64,000 nt of DNA, from assembly GCA_030704615.1 (NCBI GenBank), contig CM060732.1:33604001-33668000 (forward strand). The letters are read 5' to 3'. This document shows positions 39,589 to 51,789 of this stretch, in pieces. How positions within the stretch are numbered: the stretch's first letter is position 1; the number at the start of each line of letters is the position of its first letter. The DNA is from Takakia lepidozioides (Eukaryota > Plantae > Bryophyta). Both the position numbers and the translations under genes were made by a program. The notes beneath the pieces were generated by a model, which did not search any database, was not told the DNA's origin, and saw only the letters and a list, made by a program, of their open reading frames with translations.

Positions 39589-42500
39589 GTAAATGCGTGT
39601 TGGATAACAGAGAGTAGCAGATGCAATTGAGCATAGGAACTAGTATGATAAGTTGAGTTGGGTGTTTCCTAGAACAAATTTAGGCTGTCATTGTCGACTG
39701 CTAGCAGCAAAGCAAGGATGTATGCATGAGTGGTCGAGCAAAGGGAGTCTTTGACAATGTGGCTGAATGAAATGTGGTGTCGTGGAATGCAATGATCGCA
39801 GGATATGCCCAGCATGGTTGTCAAGGTCCTGCAACTATTTGAAGGAATGCGAAAGAACGGCTTGAAGCCGGACGTGTCACCTTTATATGTGTTCTCTCTG
39901 CATGCAACCACACTGGCCTACTGAAATCCAGATGTTGTGGTGTGGAAACATCTATGTCGCAACTAGCAGGTGGGATGATACTGCAAAGGTGAGAAGAATG
40001 ATCACGGTCAGAGGGGTTAGAAAGGAGTCAGGAGCCAGGTCGCTGCTGCATTGAGGTTGGCAACAGGGTGCACACCTTCGTTGTAGCTGACAAGTTGCAT
40101 CCCAGAATTAAGGAAATCCATGCTGAGCTGAGAAGATTGTCTGGGTGGAATGACTTTGACAAGTAACTGCCAATGTGGCAGCAGGAAAGTATCCAAAAAC
40201 AGATAACAAGTTCAACAATGTAGCTGAATGAATTGTGGTGCCACGGAACGCCATGCTTATGCACAACAAGGGTGTGGGATGGAGGCTTTGGAGACCTATG
40301 AGTAAATGATGGTGGAAGGGGTGAAGCCCGACCACATCACGTCTGTGCGTTTGCAAGCCTGGCAACCCTGGAAAAGGGCAAAGAGGTGCATGGTTGCATC
40401 GCGAAAGCAGGAATTGTACCAGATGTGATTCTGAACAATACCCTCGTGGACATGTATGTCAAATGTAGGAGGCATTTCAGCAGATTCAGATACATTTGTC
40501 TGTCTCTTGCTTAAGTGCATCAAGATGAAAGGTCTGGAAGCTGGAAAGCAGGTGCACACTCACATTATCCAAAGTGGATTCACGCCAAGTGTTTTTCTCC
40601 TCAACACCCTTGTCAACATGTGAAACCTGGGAGCTCTGGAAAAGGGGAAAGAGGTCCATGGTGACATCGTCAAAGCTGGAATTGCACCAGATGTCATTCT
40701 GAACACTGCCCTGGTGGACATGTATGCCAAATGTGGGTGCATTAAGGATGCGAAGGGAGTTTTCAACACCATGGCAGCACGAGATGTGGTGTCATGGAAG
40801 CTGATGCTTGCAGGGTATGCACAGCAAGGACGTGGTATGAAGGCTTTGGAGACCTATGATCAAATGATGGGGGAAGGGGTGAAGCCCGACCACATCACAT
40901 TTGAATTTGCGATGCGTGTGCAAGCCTGGCAGCTCTGGAAAACGGCGAAAGAGGTCCATGGCGACATTGTCAGAGCTGCAATTGTACCGAGTGTCATTCT
41001 GAACAATACCCTCGTGGACATGTATAAAGGGAGTGTTCGACAGTATGGTTGAATGAGATGTGGTCTCGTGGAGTGCAATGATTGCAGGATATGCACAGCA
41101 AGGGCGCGAGATGGAGGCTTTGGAGACCTTTAAGCAAATGATATGCAAAGGGGTGAAGCCCAACCGCATAAAAAAAATTTGCATTGGCAATGCGTGTGCA
41201 AGCATGGCAGCCCTGGAAAGGTGCAAAGAGGTCCATGGTGACATCGTCAAATCTGGAATTGTACCCAATGTCATTCTGAATACTGCCCTGCTGGACATGT
41301 ATGTCAAATGTGAGTGCATCGAGGATGCAAAGGGAGTATTCGACAGTATGGCTGAATGAGATGTGGTGTCGTGGAGTGCGATGATTGCAGGATATGCACA
41401 GCAAGGATGCGGGATGGAGGCTTTGGAGACCTATGAGCAATTGATGTGTGAAGGGGTGAAGCCCAACCGCAACACATTTGTTTGTGTTTGCAATGCGTGT
41501 GCAAGCCTAGGAGCTCTGGAAAGGGGGAAAGAGGTCCATGGTGACATTGTCAAAGCTGGATTTGTACCAGATGTTATCCTGAACACTGCCCTGGTGGACA
41601 TGTATGCCAAATGTGGGTGCATGAAGGATGCGAAGGGAGTTTTCAAATGGCTGAACAAGATGTGGTGTCGTGGAATGCGATGCTTGCAGGGTATGCACAG
41701 CAGGGGCGTGGGATGGAGGCTTTGGAGATCTATGAGCAAATGATGGGGGAAGGGGTGAAGACCGACCACATCACGTTTGTATGCGTTTGCAATGCGTGTG
41801 CAAGCCTAGCAGCCCTGGAAAAGGGCAAAGAGGTGCATGGTTGCATCGCCAAAGCTGGAACTGTACCAAGTGTGATCCTGAACACTGCCCTGGTGGACAT
41901 GTATGCCAAATATGGGAGCATTGAGGATGCAGAGGGAGGGTTCAACAATATGGCTGAACGAGATTTGTTGTCGTGGAACGTGATGCTTGCAAGATATGCA
42001 CAGCAGGGCGTGGGATAGAGGACTTAGAGACCTATGAGCAAATGATGGGGGAAGGGGTGAAGCGCGACCACATCACGTTTGTGTGCGTGTGCAAGCCTGG
42101 CAGCCTTGGAAAAGGGCAAAGAGGTGCATGGTTGCATCGCCAAAGCTGGAATTGTACAGATGTGATTCTAAACAATACCCTCATGGACATGTATGCCAAA
42201 TGTGGGAGCATTGAGGATGTGGAGGGAGTGGTCAACAATATGGCTGAACGAGATTTGGTGTCATGGAACGCCATGCTTGCAGGGTATACACAGCAGGGAC
42301 GCGGGATGGAGGCCTTGGATCAGACCTATGAGCAAATGATGGGGGAAGGGGTGAAATTCAACCACATCACGTTTGTGAGCGTTTGCAATGCTTATGCAAG
42401 CCTGGCAGCCCTGGAAAAAGGCAAAGAGGTCCATGATGGGGGAAGGGGGGAAGCCCGACCACATCACGTTTGTGTGCATTTGTAATGCTTGTGCAAGCCA

Positions 42501-44179
42501 CATTCATTTGTGTTCTCAATGTTGGTGCCAGCATGGTGGCCCTGGAGAAGGGCAAAGATATCCATGCTAAATTATCAAAGCTGAAATTTCGTCATACATT
42601 AATTGGGAGACTGCCCTTGTTAACATGTATGCCAAATATGGGAGTGTAAGGTAGGCCTGTCTAGTGTTCAACAATATGGTGGCAGGATATACCAAGCATG
42701 GTTGTGGTAGGAATGCCTTCGAGACATATGATCAACTGATACAGCAAGGGGTGATGCCCTATCAGGTTACATTTGTTTGCATTCTCAAGGCTTGTGCGAG
42801 ACTGGCAGCCCTGGAAAACGGCAAAGAGGTCCATGCTGACATATGAAAGCTGGACTTGTACCAAATCTGATTTTGAACAATAGCCTTGTTGACACGTATG
42901 TGAAATGCGGGAGCATGAAGGTTGCAAAGAGAGTATTTGTCAACATGGCTGAACGGGATGTGGTGTCGTGGAATGCGATGATCACAGGATATGCCCAGCA
43001 TGGGTGTGGGATGGAGGCTTTGGGGACCTACGAGCAAAAGATGCGGAAGCATTCAACAAAATGCCTCAACGATCTTGATCACGTGGAATATAATGTTGGC
43101 AGGATTTACTAAGCATGGGTGTGGTAGGAATGCTTTTGAGACCTATGAGCAGATTCTGCGCAAAGGGGTGAAGCCCAACCACATCAGATTTGTTTGTGTT
43201 TGCAATGCGTGTGCAAGCCTGGCAGCCCTGGAAAAGGGCAAAGAGGTGCATGGTTGCATCGCCAAAGCTGGAATTGTACCAGATGTGATTCTGAACAATA
43301 CCCTCGTAGACATGTATGCCAAATGTGGGAGCATTGAGGATGTGGAGGGAGTGTTCAACAATATGGCTGAACAAGATTTGGTGACATGGAACGCCATGCT
43401 TGTAGGATATGCACAGCAGGGGTGCGGGATGGAGGCCTGGGGGAAGGGGTGAAGCCCGACCACATCACGTTTGCGTGCATTTGCAATGCGTGTGCAAGCC
43501 TGGCAGCCCTGGAAAAGGGCAAAGAGGTTCATGGTGACATCATCAAAACTGGAATTGTACCAAATGTCATTCTGGACACTGCCATGGTTCACTTGTATGC
43601 GAAATGTGAGTGCAATGAGGATGCAAAGGGAGTATTTGACAATATGGCTGAATGAAATGTGGTGTCGTGGAATGTGATGATCGCAGGACATGCCCAGCAT
43701 GGTTGTCATAGGGAGGTCCTGCAACTATTTGAAGGAATGCAAAAGAAAGGCTTGAAGCCGGACAGTATCACCTTTATATATGTTCTCTCTGCTTGCAGCC
43801 ACACTGACCTATTGAATGAAGGAAGACACTACTTCGATTCCCTGAGTGAAGATCATGGTATCAATCTGACAATAAAGCATTTTGGCTGCATGGTGGACCT
43901 TCTTGGACGTGCGGGACAATTGGATGAGGCAGTGGACGTGATTAGTAAAATGCCAATCAATCCAGATGTTGTGGTGTGGAAGGCCTTGCTTGGTGCCTAC
44001 AGAATCCATGGCAATGTGGAGATGGCTGAATGTGTGGCAACATCTATCCTCAAGCGGGATGAACAGGATGCCGCAACTTATGTGGTGCTATATCAAACAT
44101 CTATGATGCAGCTGGCAGATGGGATGATACTGCAAAGGTGAGAAGAATGATGAAGGTCAGAGGGGTTAGAAAGGAGCCA

Positions 44180-44510
44180 GATGACAAGTTGCATCCCAGA
44201 ATTAAGGAAATCCATGCTGACATGAGAAGATTGTCTGGGCAGATGAAGGAGGCGGGGTATGTGCCTGACACGCGCTTTTTATTGCATGATGTAGAGGAAA
44301 GGAATTTTCTCTTAGCCACTACTGTGAGAAGCTGGCCATTGGTTTTGGGCTGATCAACACGACTCATCAAGAATCTTCGAGTGTGTGGAGACTGCCACAC
44401 CTCCACCAAATTCATCTCAAAGATTGTTGGGCGAGCAATTGTTGTATGGGACGCTAACTACTTTCCACCACTTTGAAGATGGGATTTGTTCTTGTGGTGA
44501 TTACTGGTGA
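44180..44510 (+). pseudogene. DYW cytidine-deaminase domain, inactivated
   Basis: GYVPDT, CGDCH and DYW* present. HxE motif reads HYCEKLA. PG box deleted relative to the sibling at 40030-40090. Frameshifts. Confidence 0.9.
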
Positions 44511-45705
44511 AAGGATGTTTCCTTGGAAAGACGCTAGTGTCTTGCTTTATTCATTGATCTGTGTAGCTACTCAGACCATCCACCATTTCCTGATAGTGGG
44601 GTCTACTCAGCATAGGTAGGAAGTCAGTCCACAATTGCACTTGACTAAAGGAGTGATTTTTGACAAATTCTGGTGACAGTGGATGGAAATTAGAGTGCTA
44701 TCCTAATTCTGGGTTTGGGTGGTGGAGCTTCTCCAAAGCTTGAAGATGGAAGTGAATACAAATTTTAATGAGCTTGATGAGAGGGGCAGCCCTGTGCACA
44801 AGTTTGTTCAGCATCTTAAATTTGGATATGTTTGTTTGTTTCTCGTGGTGTGGCTTTGGATGGAGCCCTTGGTGAACTTACATGAATATTGTCAAAAGCT
44901 AGCGTTAATCCACCAAGATCCATGCTTGGAAGTTCATATAGTGAATGTAAGGGTATTTGGGTATGTTGATATTGATTTGATGTGGCTTGTGAAAATTGAA
45001 CATTGAAATGCAGATCCGCCATTTTTCTTCCAGAAAAAAACAAAACACGGGATCTTTGCATGTAACACAGTGGGGATGACCCACCCTTTTTTTGTGAAAA
45101 ATTGAACGTAGTTCTCAGAATTCGTCGCTAGTAGTGCGGAGCAACGCGAAGCCCTAGTATATTTTTGGCAAACTTTAAGCAAGTGCGTGCCAAGGACATA
45201 TAGCGGTCAATTTCGGGTGCTGACAATTTTTTTTTAATACAGCAGTAAAATGGATGGAAAAGTTGACTGCCAATGAAGAAGGTGGCAGTGTTGGGGGTGA
45301 ACCACGTAAGGGTATTGGGGCTGACATAGTAAACTTACAGATCTTTTCTATTTTTAGCCAAATAATAAATAGTTTTTTCGGTGGATGTAATGGCATATAA
45401 TTTGGGGCCATGTAAGGGTGTTGGGCTTGGGCATGTTTAACTCCCACCCTTGCTATTAGTGGAACTCAGTACACCGCATGGGGTCAGGGGCAGGTGGGTA
45501 AGTGCAAGGCCCAGTACATGCAACTCTTGCACCTTTTCTATTAGTACATAAGAACTATTTTCAGTCAGTGGATCAAGTTGTAATCTTTAGCAGCTAAAGT
45601 TAGATGGTCCATCCTTAAGTTAGACAATCAGTCCTTCAGATATAAATATTATACTTAAAAATATTTTGTTATTCAATATAAAATAAAACAATAAAACCAA
45701 CATTG

Positions 45706-45930
45706 AAGTTCGGACTTCAGCAGCTCAAAGTCCGAACTTCAGCGTTAAGTATAAGATTGAACAAAAACCAAAATATAACCCAACGCTCAAGTCCGGACTT
45801 CAGCGTTAAGTATAAGAGTGAACAATAAAACCAAAATATAACCCAACGCTCAAGTCCGGACTTCAGCGTTAAGTATAAAATTGAACAAGAAAACCAAAAT
45901 ATAACCCAACGCTCAAGTTGGACTTCAGCA
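45706..45930. repeat. ~62-bp tandem repeat (~3.5 units) with near-palindromic core
   Basis: Unit aaaaccaaaatataacccAACGCTCAAGTCCGGACTTCAGCGTTaagtataa..tgaaca. Confidence 0.9.
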
Positions 45931-46259
45931 GTTTAAGTAATCAGTTAATATTGTAGATATAATTAATTAATTATGACTCATAAATACCCCACCCATATCT
46001 CATTATGTTCTTTTGTTTTGACCTCGTATTTTTCTTAGTTGCAAAGACAGAGCATTTAATGTGCACATGGTGCAAAACTCTTGACCCGTGAGCTTTCTTC
46101 AGTGACTGTTAACACATACCAAAAGCTTAACCCCTGAGCCTTGTTCGCTGGCACTTCACACATACCAAAAGCTTTGGCACTTGTGAGTATAAATCCTTCA
46201 TTTTGCTCACCATCTGCTATCATCTTCTTTCTTTCTTTACTCTAGTTTTTATGCTTGCA

Positions 46260-47594
46260 ATGGCACTTAGAAAGACTCGTCCGCTTCTTACTGTTGATGA
46301 ACTGGACTATAGTATATAGGATTCCAGGTTTGAACGCTTTGTTTTGAGTAGATACGGGAACTCTGATAAACTCCCTGGTGACTCTCCATGATAATCATTC
46401 TTGCATGCTGATGTAATATATAAGCATGCAAAAACTGTAACTGTGACCATCAGTGGCCCCCTTCTCAAATCTCACTCAGCCAGCTTGGTGAAAGGGCATA
46501 CATTGTGCATAGAAAACTTTGCTTTGCGTCCAAGAGCAAAGTTGGAGAAAGGCGTCACTGAGGTAGCAATCCGAATACATTAGCCACAACTATCCCGGTT
46601 CTGCTATCATTTGACCCAACTGTGCAGCTCAATTTTTTTTCGAACGAGAGCATTACCGACTTTGTTGCTCGCACTTCTGAGAAATTTACGACTTCCACGA
46701 TTTCTGTATGATGATTGAAGTTAGAGGCCAGATCGACAACAGACATGAACTCAAAGTGGCAGATGGTATCAAACCAGAAGATATTCAAATTGTAAGGGTT
46801 CTTATATTTTATAGTTTTATTTTTATTTTCACTTTATTTAATGTTGTGACTACTTGTTCATTGATTTTTTACTGTATTTTTGCAACTACCTATTCATTCA
46901 TTTTCTTTTGTATTTTTGCAGCTGAGTTTCACTCCGACATTTCAAGATGAATATGAGCGGCTTGCATCTACATTCAGGACTGGAGTAGTAGCAATTGTTG
47001 TTTTCAAACATATTGCAGCAAGTCAGAGTCGGAACCTCCGTTTGATTACATCGTCCAACACTATTGTGGCTCCAATTGTTGATCGCACCAAACGAACTGA
47101 GTTAGATGATATTTTCACACAATTGACATTGGAGACAGATCAGGGTACGTATTATATATTTTTAAATATTTTATTGATCTCAATTTCCCTCCAAAGATCT
47201 TATTTATTGTTGGTGGAATATTCAGATCATTAGAGTTTTCTCTATTTCCTATCCGGCTCGGCCTCCTTTCAAACGAGTTTGCGCCAACTGCCGAATGCAT
47301 GATATCATCCTTCAATCTGAAGGTGGATTGTATTTTTGTAATACATGTCAAGCCACATATGCTTGTGCGCTTCATGGATGTATTAATGGCTGCATAATAT
47401 CCAGTGATGCGAAAGTTGATTGTCAAGTGAAAGGAGAGTGGTTGCAAGCCATTGTAGGATTTAGTGAGGCTGATTTATTAATTGCCCACAAAGAAAACCG
47501 TGCATTTGTTGTAAGCCGTCTTTCCAAAGTCCATTTATCTGGGACTTTCCATCTGAGCCTCATTTCTGAGCTTACTGGACTTGATCATGTTTAG
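46260..47594 (+). pseudogene. RPA1 (RPA70)-like OB-fold ssDNA-binding gene with two introns (46792-46921, 47145-47225), disrupted
   Basis: OB-like LVKGHTLCIENFALRP...IRI. C-terminal zinc ribbon CANC-x15-CNTC. GT-AG introns. In-frame stops near 46318 and 46389. Confidence 0.6.
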
Positions 47595-48367
47595 TTATTG
47601 TTTACTCTATTTTGGAGCCACTGACACTTTTGCAGCTTTCAATTGTAAGAATTTTGCATAAGCAACTAATCATCATTCTACTATCTACTTTTTAATGTCA
47701 TCACACCTTTATGAGGGTTTCAAACCATTAGGTTTCATTGATCATTTAGTTCATTTACATATTCATTTAGAACTATTTTTTAAATATATGATGACATTCT
47801 GATTGTATCTTTGACTTGACAATATATATATATATATATATATATTACTATTCTGTGTTTATAATTTTGATTTTTTTTAAATAATTTTTAATTATTGCTT
47901 CTAACATCTATTCCACATTGTTTCAAGTGCTATACTCATTTTGTGAGGTCATACAGATTGACCATTATATTCAGTGATTACATTCAGTGTTATATTCAGT
48001 CCCTTCAGTTTTATCCCTTCAGTTTTATTTGTTTCATTCCAACCTCTAAACTATATCCCAAAACACACACAGTTTTTCTAGGCTTTACATCAAGAATTTC
48101 AATTAATTTATGATTATGTTGTATTTATACATATATTATTAAGTTCAAACTAAATTGATCATCCTTTTTAAATCATACATTTTTAGCCACACTTTTTTAT
48201 TTTTTATTTTTCAATGATTAAGATCAAAATTATTTATTTTATAGAGTATATCATAATTTGAATTACTGTTTTTATTATCTAATCTAATTATTACATAATT
48301 TTTTATTTAGTTTAATTTTTCCTTATTCTTGAGTTTTCACAGATACTTTATTTATAACCTTACCTCT

Positions 48368-48559
48368 ATGGATATAGATTTGGTCTTGCAACATGAACAT
48401 TTTCGACGTATACAAAACTACTCATATATTGTTGGTGATTGTTTGTTTGATTCTATTGTTTATTTACTACATTATTCTCAAACTGCTTCAATGTTGCGTT
48501 GTGGATGTATGACACATTTTACTCAATCTTTGCAAATGCCCAATGACAAAATAAATTAA
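48368..48559 (+). pseudogene. OTU-like cysteine protease N-terminal fragment
   Basis: IVGDCLFDSIVYLL resembles the OTU catalytic-Cys motif (GxCLFxS/A). Truncated. Confidence 0.45.
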
Positions 48560-48564
48560 ATATT

Positions 48565-49000
48565 TTTGGTGCACAATACATAGCAGTAATTTTTAATATA
48601 AATATAAGAAAAAGTTTCCATGTTGTTACAGTATATAGACCTCCATCTCTCTCATTAAATATGTTTTTATTTTATCTTAAAATAATTCTTCATGAAGCCC
48701 CACAATTTTGTCCTACAATCATCAGAAGTGATTTTAACCTACATATTTTACAACATATCCAGGGCCACTGCCCCTGTTATCTAAAATAAAAATAAAAATA
48801 AAAAATAAAATCTTCATCATCAAAATAATTATAACAATTTATGAATATTTATCACATGAAACTCCAATTTACCAAACCTACTACTATATATGGTTCACAA
48901 CTTGATCACATTTGGACAAATGCTCCAAACCAACAATGTATATGTGGAATAATTGGAGCGATCACACATCAATATTTATTGCGTTTAAGGTACCTAGTCA
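48565..49000 (+). pseudogene. EEP (AP-type) endonuclease domain
   Basis: In order: VVTVYRPP, IIRSDFN (GDFN), PTTIYGSQLDHIWTN, and WSDH after a frameshift. Confidence 0.82.
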
Positions 49001-50069
49001 TGTGCCTACATACATATTATTATAGTCCAAGAAATGATTAAATAACAAAAAAAAATTCTTCTACACTTATATTATTGCATAATTACATTACGTTTTACAT
49101 TTGTATAGAACATATGTTATTGGGATATTTATTTACAAGGGTGGAGCCATTACGCGACGAGCCGCGTGTTTTATTTTATTTGGAGCAGATGCATAACTTA
49201 ACTCACCCAATGATCAAAAATTTGTGTGTAAAGTGTGAACATGTGGGTCGAGCCTTTTTTCAATCACAAAGCAAAAGAAATTAGTGGACCAATTTTTAGG
49301 TGACGCATAGGCAAACTGGGTCTCCCCCTTCACGTGTTAACTTCTGATCATTCTAACTCCACTCATGGCTTGCATACTGACTGTATGTTGGAGACCATAA
49401 CTAAACTCAAATCTTGAGTACTAAGGTTTCATCTCAACATATATGTGCACAAGTCAAGCTTCATATTTGGAAATTCTCTTTCATTCATTGAATAGATTTG
49501 AAAAATACTTCTACTGTATTGGAAGCTACCTCATGTTAATCTTGGTTCTTCCTGCTTGGTGTGCAGGAAGGCTGGCACTTGGCAGAGCCCTACCGTGTGC
49601 CATGTGCAATCAAAAACTCGTCATATACTCTACACCACTTCATGGATTTCTCTTCTGTTGGGAAGTAGTTGACTGTCATTCCATGCAAAATCTTCAAACA
49701 CCCCAAAATAAAATGGTCACGTCTGAAAGCAACAACATGTCAGCCTAAGGCTTGGAAAGATACACTACCCTCACGAAGGCTGACACTCTCAGGAAGTATA
49801 ACCATCGGAAAGCTCACACATGCGGAAGATGACACTCACTCTATGACACCAAGCATGTACATGTAGAGCCATCCAACTCTCAAACACAGGGCAGATCATG
49901 CTATGAGATTATACCCTAAATTGGGTGTTTTTTCCAACGCTCTCAACCCAAGTATCACTGTTCATCTCTTGGCATTTGCAATGAGTCCTAGTAAAGATTA
50001 GAAGTTGCCCTTCCCCCAACAAAACAAATGAAATGGAATGAACTGGTACTTTGTAACGTCCCAAGACCA

Positions 50070-51120
50070 AACAAGTGCTCGTCTCGTCGCGTATTTGCTC
50101 CTCCTTATGGTGACTACCTATTAGAGTATTATGATGATATTACATGTTGGTAGCAAGGATTGTAATTAGGTAACTTAAAAACAATAAATACAGGTTTATG
50201 GTCCGTCAATATGCTTCCGTATAATTGTTGGTTTTTTCAGTCGACTTCGTAAAATATTAATATATGTGTCCATTTGTACATTAAATAATCCAATAAAATT
50301 TGTTGAATGAAATATTTGTATTAACATCCATTTTATTTAGTGTTTTAAATATATATGTTTTGCTATCTTTGCATATCGTCTTGTATCATTGTCATCTAAG
50401 TCTTGTTGAAAAGGTTCTAAAATCACAGTTGAATGCATAGGAGGTAATGGATAATGAAAACAACGTACTACTTGAATTTTTTCGTACAAGTTCGTTTATG
50501 TTGATGAATATAGATCATCAGGAGTTAGAATTGTAAATTATAAATGATATTATATAAGACATATATGATAAATAATAATAAAATCCTTAAGAATATATAA
50601 AATATTAAAATTTTGATTTTATAATATTAATGTTAGTAAATGTGAAATAGTATATAAATTGATGGATCTAAAGGACCTAAGGGAATCTAAGATCTGAAGT
50701 GTTGAACGTTGAAAACATATGGATATTAATAAACTGAAAAATATTTTAATACTTAAATATCTAAATTAAAACTATATTCATTTACATATAGATGTAACAA
50801 ATTAAAAAAGAATTGGAGATTGATAAATATGAGATTTGTTTGTATAAAATGAATATATTTAACTACAATATTTTTTCAATGATATAAAACAATTTCAAGA
50901 AGATAACAACAAATCAACAACAAATGAGTTTATAATATTTTATTTCATTTTTCTAAATATTGAAAATATCAATACGTTAAAGACTTAATGTATTGAAATT
51001 AATTTTTTAATAGTTATTAATTTGCAACTCAATTAATTTTTAAAAAATAGTTTTTCATTTGTATATAAACTGATGGATCTTAAGGGACCTGAAGGGATAT
51101 GAGATCTGAATAAACTAAAA
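50070..51120 (-). mobile_element. Helentron relic 3: Rep fragment joined by deletion to the EEP tail and 3' terminus (far boundary uncertain)
   Basis: Minus strand reads HQHKRTCTKK..CFHYPLPPMHSTVILEPF, then TYINILRSRLKKPTII, then EAY.TDHKPVFIVFKLP, then terminus ggaggagcaaatacgcgacgagacg. Confidence 0.75.
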
Positions 51121-51789
51121 CTACCAGTGAGTGGCTGTTGCCATTGCAGGGGACACATAAGCCCATATACCCAAGATGCTGGAGGCTGTAGTCTCTGGTG
51201 CACCCACAGTGGTCAATGATGGTCATTATTTCCCGCACTGCTGACAAACATCCCCCTTGTTTGTTTACCACCTGTATACATGCCAAACATGAATAAGCAT
51301 TGCTTTTATCACAAACGTTCCAGCAAATTGAAGCAAAAGCAGCACCGTTAATGTTACAACCACAAGGGAAAGAGTTCCATCATGACTCCTTGATCTCTAT
51401 CTGCTTTACCCAACTAGGCAGGATCTATGGTGGTCCACCTCTTCCAGCTTGAAAGTAAGACATGAATGCAGGTGATCATTCACGCAAGTCACAAAAATAA
51501 GCAGACAAATTAGTGCAAGATGAAACCAACTCACATCAGTGTAGTCACGAGTTGTGAGCCACCACAAGCACTTGCTGGCAGTGTCACAAACTCGCGAAAG
51601 CTATAATATTTAAGAATTTTGTGGGCAATTTGGACCTGTCACCCTTTTGACCGGTCATGTGCTACTGTGGAAAACAGTCATATTATTGGTCTTAGCTCAT
51701 CATGTGTACTGTCGACTCAGCCCCTTAATCCATACCTATCTCTCCACCTATCGAGACAAAGAAAAGGTACAAAGAGGGGAGTTACCTAT

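Larger units (their letters stand above)
36727..44510 (+). pseudogene. Decayed cluster of PLS-class PPR modules with E/E+ and a terminal DYW domain (organellar C-to-U editing factor family)
   Basis: Repeated P (DVVSWNAMIAGYAQQG), L (DHITFVCVCNACASLAALEKGKEVH) and S (LNTALVDMYAKCGSIEDA) motifs. E domains at ~39100-39300 and ~43900-44170. Ends [10 protein letters not shown]...CSCGDYW* at 44510. Many stops, frameshifts and deletions. Confidence 0.93.
45441..49170 (+). mobile_element. Helentron relic 2 (internally deleted): RPA1-like gene, OTU-like start, EEP endonuclease, candidate termini
   Basis: Candidate subterminal IR ctcccacccttg (45441-45452) / caagggtggag (49136-49146). 3' stem-loop acgcg..cgcgt (49152-49167) followed by a T-rich run. 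Internal tandem repeat. Protein motifs listed in the separate features. Confidence 0.72.

Noticed and set aside
41054-43655. Recurrent TGA codons as U-to-C editing or readthrough sites
   Set aside because: Nuclear locus with many additional frameshifts; CpG decay explains both the TGA and CAA variants.
44180-44510. Functional editing deaminase or U-to-C (KP-type) variant
   Set aside because: Ends in canonical DYW with a PG-type sibling; the HxE motif is mutated and the frame is broken.
36599-45131. 10-bp inverted match (ctagcgacga / tcgtcgctag) bracketing the PPR cluster as transposon TIRs
   Set aside because: Too short, no TSD, and could arise by chance.
45706-45930. CRISPR-like array
   Set aside because: Spacers are near-identical, there are no cas genes, and the context is eukaryotic.
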